Positions 55,213 to 64,000 of a stretch of DNA of 64,000 nucleotides are shown here, one piece after another. Made by a program: the position numbers and the translations under genes. The DNA is taken from NCBI RefSeq assembly GCF_009914755.1, contig NC_060926.1. One strand, written 5' to 3'. The DNA is from the human T2T-CHM13v2.0 reference genome, Homo sapiens. Each line of letters begins with the position of its first letter. The stretch's first letter is position 1. Below the pieces are notes generated by a model, which searched no databases, was not told where the DNA came from, and saw nothing but the letters and a program-made list of their open reading frames with translations.

Positions 55213-57136
55213 TAACATTGCACTTCTAACCTTTATTTTCCTGAAAGTTATTGAGGTCAAATTTGTCTTTTCGATGTTCTCTTTTGTAAAGTATCTATCT
55301 TTTACCCATTTTTCAATTATATTTTTCAATCAATAAATTGAAAAATGTCAAAAGACTGAAGCATCAAATCTTTTACCCATTTTTCCATTATATATTTTAT
55401 CTTTTACATATTGATTTATAGGAGCTCAGTATATGTCAGACATTGGTCTTCTGTTAGATATATTCATCGCAAACATCTACTTTTAAACCATGGCTTGTTT
55501 TCTCAATATTTTCTAGATCTGAGATTTTTAAATTTATATTATAATTCCATATACATAACCAATAGTCAATTTTTCCAAGAAAACAAGTAGATAACACCGA
55601 GGAAATATGGCTTAGGCATACTGAGAAGACTGCAATAATATTTCTTAGAAACTGTAATACACCATTTAACCTACTGTTTCTCAGTTTTCTCATCTTCAGA
55701 GTGTATTTGTTTTGTATAAAATCTCTCATAATGTTAAACTATCTAGAATAGCAAAAAAAGGTAGTAGGAGAGATTAATAAATGCTAACTAATAACAACAA
55801 AATGTATAAAAATGGACTAGGGCTGGCCTTTTGAGCTGATACACCTTGATATATTCTTCTACAGAACACTTTTGTAAACTCTGCACAAAGAGAAATTTTG
55901 TTAAAATCTATTGCAGGAAACAATTACCCTCAGCATAGGATGGAGTATATAAAACAAAGAGGAAAGAGCTCAGTGAATTATCCATACAAGTCACCCAAAC
56001 TTCACATTGATTTAAGAACAAATAGTGTCTGGTGAGTGTTTGATTAACCACACTGTCAGCAACATCAACTTAAATGCAAAATATGTAAAGAAAATATAGT
56101 ACTGAGATGCTGTGGCTGCCACATGGCTGACTGTTACTTGGGAACTCTGAGAGAAGCTCCACACAGGGCTACCATTACATTCTGAAAAGGCATATCATGT
56201 CCTGACCAAAAGAAAAGAAAAATCCAGTGAAGCTTACATTGCTGTCAATAAATTAGGCACTAATTGTCAAGGTCCCTGCCCCTGTTGCCCGACGCTGGGA
56301 AGAAAACTTAAATTCTGGGCTCACCCCAGGGATGTGGTATGATTCCCAGGAATGCCAACCTAAGATCTGCAGCCAGAACTCAAATGGGAGAGGAGCCCAT
56401 TCTCTGAGAACACTGACAGGGAGCATGGCTACAAACACAAGAAAATACAGAGGAGCCATGTGACTCAACAAGCATCTACCTACTGGTGATTACACTTAAG
56501 TGCCATCTACTGGATCACAGTCCAAACTCCAAAACCAAAAATACTTTGCTAATATACTCCTTCCCATCTCTCCAACTTGTGAAACCAAGGACAAGAATTC
56601 AGTGATAAATAAAGACCCTGCACAAAGCCATCGCCCTCTGAAAACATCCAGAAATGAAGACAACTGACTATACTCAAATCAAACCACAGTTAAAGGAACG
56701 TCAGCTCACACAGATAAGAAACAACCAGCATGAGAACTCTGGCAACTTAAAAAGCCAGTGTCTTCTTTCCTCCAAATGACCTCACCATTTCCCCCAGCAA
56801 TTATTCTTAATCATGCTGAAATGACTGAACTAACAGACATAGAATTCAGAATATGGATAGGAATGAAGATCACTGAGATTCATGAGAAAGTCAAAATCTA
56901 ATTAAAGAAATGTAAGGATTACAATAAATTATACAGCAGCTGAGAGAAAAAAATAGCTATTTTTACAAAGAACCAAACTGATTCAATAGAGCTGAAAAGC
57001 ACACTACAAGAATTTCCTAACACAACTGCAAGTATTCATAGCAGAATAGACCAAGCTAAAGACAAATTCTCAGAGCTCAAAGATTTGTTCTCTAAACTAA
57101 CTCAGATAGACAAAAGTAAAGGAAAAAAAAAAAAAA

Positions 57137-57262
57137 GAACAAATTCTCCAAGAAATATGGGATTATGCAAAAAAAGAGGAATGAACAAATTCTCCAAGAA
57201 ATATGGGATTATGCAAAAAAAAGAGGAATGAACAAATTCTCCAAGAAATATGGGATTATGCA
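57137..57262. repeat. Perfect tandem triplication (46/47-bp period) within L1 ORF1
   Basis: gaacaaattctccaagaaatatgggattatgca at 57137, 57183 and 57230. Confidence 0.96.
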
Positions 57263-57855
57263 GAGACCAAATCTGTGACTCATTGACAGTTCCTGTAAAA
57301 AATGAAGAGAAAACAAGTAACTTGGAAAACATATTTGAGGATATTATCCATGAATATTTCCCCAACCTCACTGGAGAGGCCAACATTCAAATTCACAAAA
57401 TGCACATTACTCCTGTGGGATGCTATACAAGACAATCACCCCCAAAACACATAGTAATCAGATTCTCCAACGTTGACATGAAAGAAAAAATGTTAAAGAC
57501 TTTAGAGAGAAGGGGCAGATTACCTACAAAGGAAAAGCCATCAGGCTAACAGCAAACATTTTAATGGAAATGTTCCAAGCTACAAAAGATTGGGGGCCTA
57601 TATCCAGCATTTTTAAAGAAAATAAACTCCAACTGAGAATTTCATATCCAGCCAAACTAAGCTTCATCAGTGAAGCTGAAATAAGATCCCTTCCAGACAA
57701 GCAAATGCTCATTTGTCACCACAAGAGCTGCCTTACAAGAGGTCCATAAGGGAGTGCTAAATATGAAAATTAAAGATCATTACTGGCTGCCTCAAAAACA
57801 CACTTAAGTACAAAGGCCATTGTCATTGATGCTATAAAGCAACTACACAAGATAT

Positions 57856-57857
<2 letters not shown>

Positions 57858-57892
<35 letters not shown>

Positions 57893-57918
57893 CCCCCAAT
57901 ATATACATATATATATAG
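57858..57918. repeat. (CT)n-C7-(AT)n compound microsatellite in the L1 inter-ORF region
   Basis: Seen directly in the sequence. Confidence 0.92.
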
Positions 57919-58424
57919 CTATAAAGCAGGTATTATGTTAGCTGCATAATAATCAGCTAACAACATGATGACAGGCTCAAATTCATGAATATCAGTATCA
58001 AACTTCAATGTAAATTAGCTAAATGCTCCAATTAAAAGGCACAGAATGGCAAGTTGGATAAAGCAAAACCCAAACTTATGCTGTCTTCAAGAGACCCATC
58101 TCACATGCAATGACATCCCTACCTTCTAAGTAAAGGAATAAAGAAAAATCTACCAAGCAAACAACAACAACAACAAAGCAGATAATGCTATCCTAATTTC
58201 AGAAGAAACAGACTTTAAACCAACAAGGATCAAAAAAGACAAAGAAGGGCATAATGGTAAAGGGCCTAATTTAACAACATTTTAACTATCTTAAATATAT
58301 ATTCTCCCAATACAGAAGAACCTGGATTTATAAAACAAGTTCTTAGATGCTTACAAAGAGACTCAGATAAACATTTCCATACCATCATACATTTCTCAAG
58401 GGCAAGATACTGTCTGTCCCAAGG

Positions 58425-58775
58425 CTGTGATTACTGTTCACAATTACTAGTTTCTCTTCCTATGGGAGAATTATATCTCCCTGTCCTGTTGGACTCAGAT
58501 TTGGCCTTGTGACTTACTCTGGCAAATAAAATGTAAGGGGAAGGGACATATGTCACTTCTGGGATAAGTCTTTGAAGGCATGTTCTCTTTTCCCTGCCCT
58601 ATATTATGGAAATCTGTGTTGGGTTGGAGCTTCCATTAGCCTGGGTCCCTTCTGTTGAGCTGCCATGCTCCACTGGACACGTTGAATGAGTCAGAAATAA
58701 ACTCTGTTACTGCAAACTGTTAAGATTTAAGTTGTTTATTTCTATAGCAAAACTTCACCCATCCTGATTGATAGT
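58425..58775 (+). mobile_element. Old MaLR LTR (MLT1I/J-like)
   Basis: ttggccttgtgacttactctggcaaataaaatgt...agaaataaactctgttac...catcctgattgata. Confidence 0.7.
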
Positions 58776-58782
58776 ACCCACA

Positions 58783-59143
58783 TACTTTAGAATAAATGTT
58801 TCCATCCCACCAAAATTCACATGTTGAAATCCTAACCCCTAAGACACTGGCATTAGGATGTGGGTCATTTGGGAGATGATTAGGTCATGAGGGTGAGCCC
58901 ACATGAAAAGGATCATACCCTTATAAAATAAATCCCAAAGAACTCCCTTTTCCTTATACCATGTAAGGACACAGTGAAAGGACAGCCATCTGTGAACCAG
59001 GAAGAAGCTGGGACCAGACACACAATATAACCATGCCCTGTTATTGAACTTCTTAGCCTCCAGAACTGTGAGAAACAAATTTCTGTTATTCATAAGCCAC
59101 CTCATATGTGGCATTCCGTTATAGCAGCCTAAATGGACCAAGA
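58783..59143 (+). mobile_element. MaLR solo LTR (MLT1A0-like)
   Basis: ccaaaattcacatgttgaaatcctaaccc...gcctccagaactgtgagaaacaaatttctg...gttatagcagcctaaatggaccaagac. Confidence 0.88.
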
Positions 59144-60051
59144 CCATACAAAACCAAAGAAAAAATGCATGACACAAAATTGTGCTCTATAAAATATCAG
59201 GTTTTGTATGGGAGGTGTTTAAAGACAAGGCAGGCTAGAATTGAGAAACATGCAGAAAGAAAGCAGTATCAGCCATCACTGATATTTTCACTCTCTATTC
59301 TCCTAACAATCATTACCTTCCTGATAATGAGTATTCTATCCATTACTGGTGGAAAAATTTCAAAGGAAATTTATATGTAATGTGAAAATATAGAAAATAT
59401 CTGATTGCCAATTTATCTAAAAAAAAGTTTAGAGAAACACACAAAGTAGTGTTTTGAAACTTAAAAAATAACTTTCTTATGAGTAATAGTAAGATAATAA
59501 TGATGGACAAAGGAATTAATGTTTACTATACAAAGCAAATATTAAGGACTTTCTATGACTAGAGCAAATAATCATTATTCTTACACTGTTTTTGTAAATG
59601 AAAAACAGCCATTTACTATAAACAGTGTAAGAATATTTCTCTAGTGTAGTCTAACCAATGTTCACACCAAAACAAACTATAGAATTGATGTAATTTGCTT
59701 TGGAGAATTCTAAATGAAATGTAAGACATTCTTTGGAAAAGCAAGTTCTTCTTACTTCGAAATTACCATGACCAACAGTGATCCACTGAGTACAAATCAC
59801 TCACCAGAACAATAACAAATCAGCCATTTTAATATTGTAGGAAATAGCTTTGTCAGTTACTGCAGCTGAAAGTAAACCAGGATTATTCAGAGAAAAACTT
59901 CTTTTGGTGAATTTTTTCCTGTTTCTGCATAAAATGTTTTCCTTCTCTTCTATCAATTTACTTTAAACATATATATGCTTTATCAAACAAAAAATAGGAT
60001 AATGAAAATTAAAATAGTAAAACAGAAAGATACAAGAAATGAAAGGTAATC

Positions 60052-61768
<1,717 letters not shown>

Positions 61769-64000
61769 TGAAATAAGACAGGCAGACAAGAATAGAGAAA
61801 CAATGAACAAAATATCCAAGAAACATGGAACCATGTAAAGACACCAAACCTATGACTGCTTGGGGTACCTGAAACAGATAGGGAGAATAAAACCAAGTTG
61901 AAAAAAATACTTCAGGTTACCATCCAGGAGAACTTCCCCAACCTAGCAAAACAGGCCAACATTCAAATTCAAGAAATGCAGAGAGCCCCAGTAAGATACT
62001 CCACAAGAAGATCAACCCCAGAAAACATAATCATCAGATTCTCCAAGGTTTAAATGAAAGAAAATATGTTAAGGGAAGCCAGAGAGAAGAAGGCCAGGTC
62101 ACGTACAAAGGGAAACTCATCAGGTTTACAGTGGACCTCTTGGCAGAAACCCTACAAGACAGAAGAGATTGAGGGTAAATATTCAACTTTCTTAAAGAAA
62201 ATAATTTCCAACCCAGAATTTTATATCTGACCAAACTAAGCTTCATAAGCAATGGAGAAATAAAATCCTTTTCAGATAAACAAATGCTGAGGCAATTCAT
62301 CACCATCAGGCCTGCCTTGTAAGAGCTCCTAAAGGAAGTACTAAATATGGAAAGGAAAAAACATCACCAGCCACTATAAAAACACATTGAAGTACACAGA
62401 CCAGTCACACTGTAATGCAACCACATAAGTCTGGAAAATAACCAGCTAGCATCATGATGACAGTATCAAATTCACACATAACAATGTTAACCTTCAATGT
62501 AAATAAGCTAAATGCGCAGATTAAAAGACACAGAATGGCAAGCTGGATAAAGAGTCAACACCCATTGGTATGCTGTCACCAAGAGATCCATCTCATGTGC
62601 AAAGCCATACATAGGCTCAAAATAAAGGGATGAAGGAAAATTTACCAAGCAAATGGGAAACAGAAAAAAGCAGGGGTGACCATCCTAGTTTTTGACAAAA
62701 CAGACTTTAAACCAACAAAGATCAAAAGAGACAAAGAAGGGCACTACGTGGTAAAAGGTCAATTCAACAAGAAGAGCTAACTATCCTAAATATATACGCA
62801 CCCAATACAAGAGCACCCGGATTCATAAAGCAAGTTCTTAGGAACCTACAAAGAGACTTAGACTTCCGCACAATAATAGTGGGGGACTTCAACACCCCAT
62901 TGACAATATTAAATCATCAGAAGAGAAAATTAACAGATATTCAAGACCTGAACTCAGCTCTAGATCAAGTGGACCTGATAGATATCTATAGAAATCTCCA
63001 TCAAAAAACAACAGAATATACATTCTTCTCATCCCAAATGGAACTTACTCTAAAATTAATCACATAATCAGAAGTAAAACACTTCTCACCAAATGCAAAG
63101 GAATTGAAATCATAACAGTCTCTCAGACCACAGCACAATCAAATTAGAACACAAGATTGAGAAATTCACTCAAAACCACACAATTACATGGAAATTGAAC
63201 AACCTGCTCCTGAATGACTCTTGGGTGAATAATGAAATTAAGGCAGAAATCAAGACGTTCTTTGAAACTAATGAGAACAAAGAGAAATGTACCAGAATCT
63301 CTGGAACACAGGTAAAGCATTGCTAAGAGGGGAACTTATAGCACTAAATGCCCACATCAAAAAGCTAGAAAGCTCTCAGTGTAATCACCTAACACCTCAA
63401 CTAAAAGAATTAAAGATCCAAGAGCAAACAAATCCCAAAGCTAGCAGAAGACAAAAAATAACCAAGATCAGAGCTGAACTGAAAGAGATAGACACATAAA
63501 AAACCCTTCAAAAAATCAACAAATCCAGGAGTTGGTTTTTTGAAAAAAAAATAATAAAATATATAGACTGCTAGCTAGACTAATAAGGAATAAAAAAGAG
63601 AAGAATCAGATAGATGCAGTCAGAAATGATAAGAGGAATGTCACCACTGACCCCACAGAAATACAAACAACCATCAGAGAATACTATAAATATCTCTATG
63701 CATATAAACTAGAAAATCTGGAAAAAAATAGATAAATTTCTGCATATATGCACCCTCCCAAGACTGAACCAGGAAGAAATTGAATCCCTGAATAGACCAA
63801 TAATGAGTTCAGAAATTGGCAGTAATAAATTACCTACCAACTAACCAAAAACAACCCCAAGGACCAGACAAAATCACAGCTGAATTCTGCCAGAGTTAAA
63901 AAGAAGAGGTGACACCATTTCTACTAAAACCATTCAAAAAAATTAGAAAGGAAGGACTTTCCCTAATTCATTCGATGAGGCCAGCATCATCCTGATAGCA
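61769..64000 (+). mobile_element. Older L1PA-type L1: ORF1 3' half and degraded ORF2, running off the window end
   Basis: Endonuclease motif GDFNTPL (62879) and ORF2 [25 protein letters not shown] (63287). Frames are interrupted. Confidence 0.93.

Larger units (their letters stand above)
56265..58372 (+). mobile_element. L1 (L1PA15/16- or L1PB-like): 5'UTR part, ORF1, start of ORF2; 3'-truncated
   Basis: ORF1 remnants LENIFEDIIHEYFPNL and RISYPAKLSF. Endonuclease region gctgtcttcaagagacccatctcac. Ends without poly(A). Confidence 0.88.

Noticed and set aside
57137-57262. CRISPR-like repeat-spacer pattern (33-bp repeats)
   Set aside because: The spacers are 13-14 nt and essentially identical, the repeat is L1 ORF1 sequence, and there are no cas genes. 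It is a plain tandem duplication.

Overview
This is AT-rich, CpG-poor primate genomic DNA, almost certainly human because it carries an Alu with AluYa5 diagnostic bases. It looks intronic or intergenic, and I cannot name the locus. I found no recognisable host protein-coding gene, RNA gene, CRISPR array or prokaryotic feature. The ORF track consists of chance ORFs plus Alu-, microsatellite- and L1-derived frames. Layout: (i) 1-6.7 kb has no interspersed repeat I could recognise and carries transcription-factor motif clusters; (ii) 6.7-48 kb mixes unique DNA with MIR, L2, MER, MLT, Alu and short L1 insertions; (iii) 48.5-64 kb is a nested pile of L1s with Alus and MaLR LTRs. The best-supported observations are retrotransposition and mutation signatures. 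These are a 5'-truncated AluYa5 with a perfect 14-bp target-site duplication (TSD), a twin-primed inverted L1, an inverted Alu pair 31 bp apart, a template-switch-like microindel inside an Alu, and tandem duplications. The main hypothesis is a plus-strand spliced, probably non-coding transcript starting from a small CpG cluster with CRE/MYB/ETS/RFX-like motifs near 5.2 kb; this is inference only. I found no support for a new biological system. Subfamily names come from remembered consensus sequences, and boundaries of old repeats are approximate.
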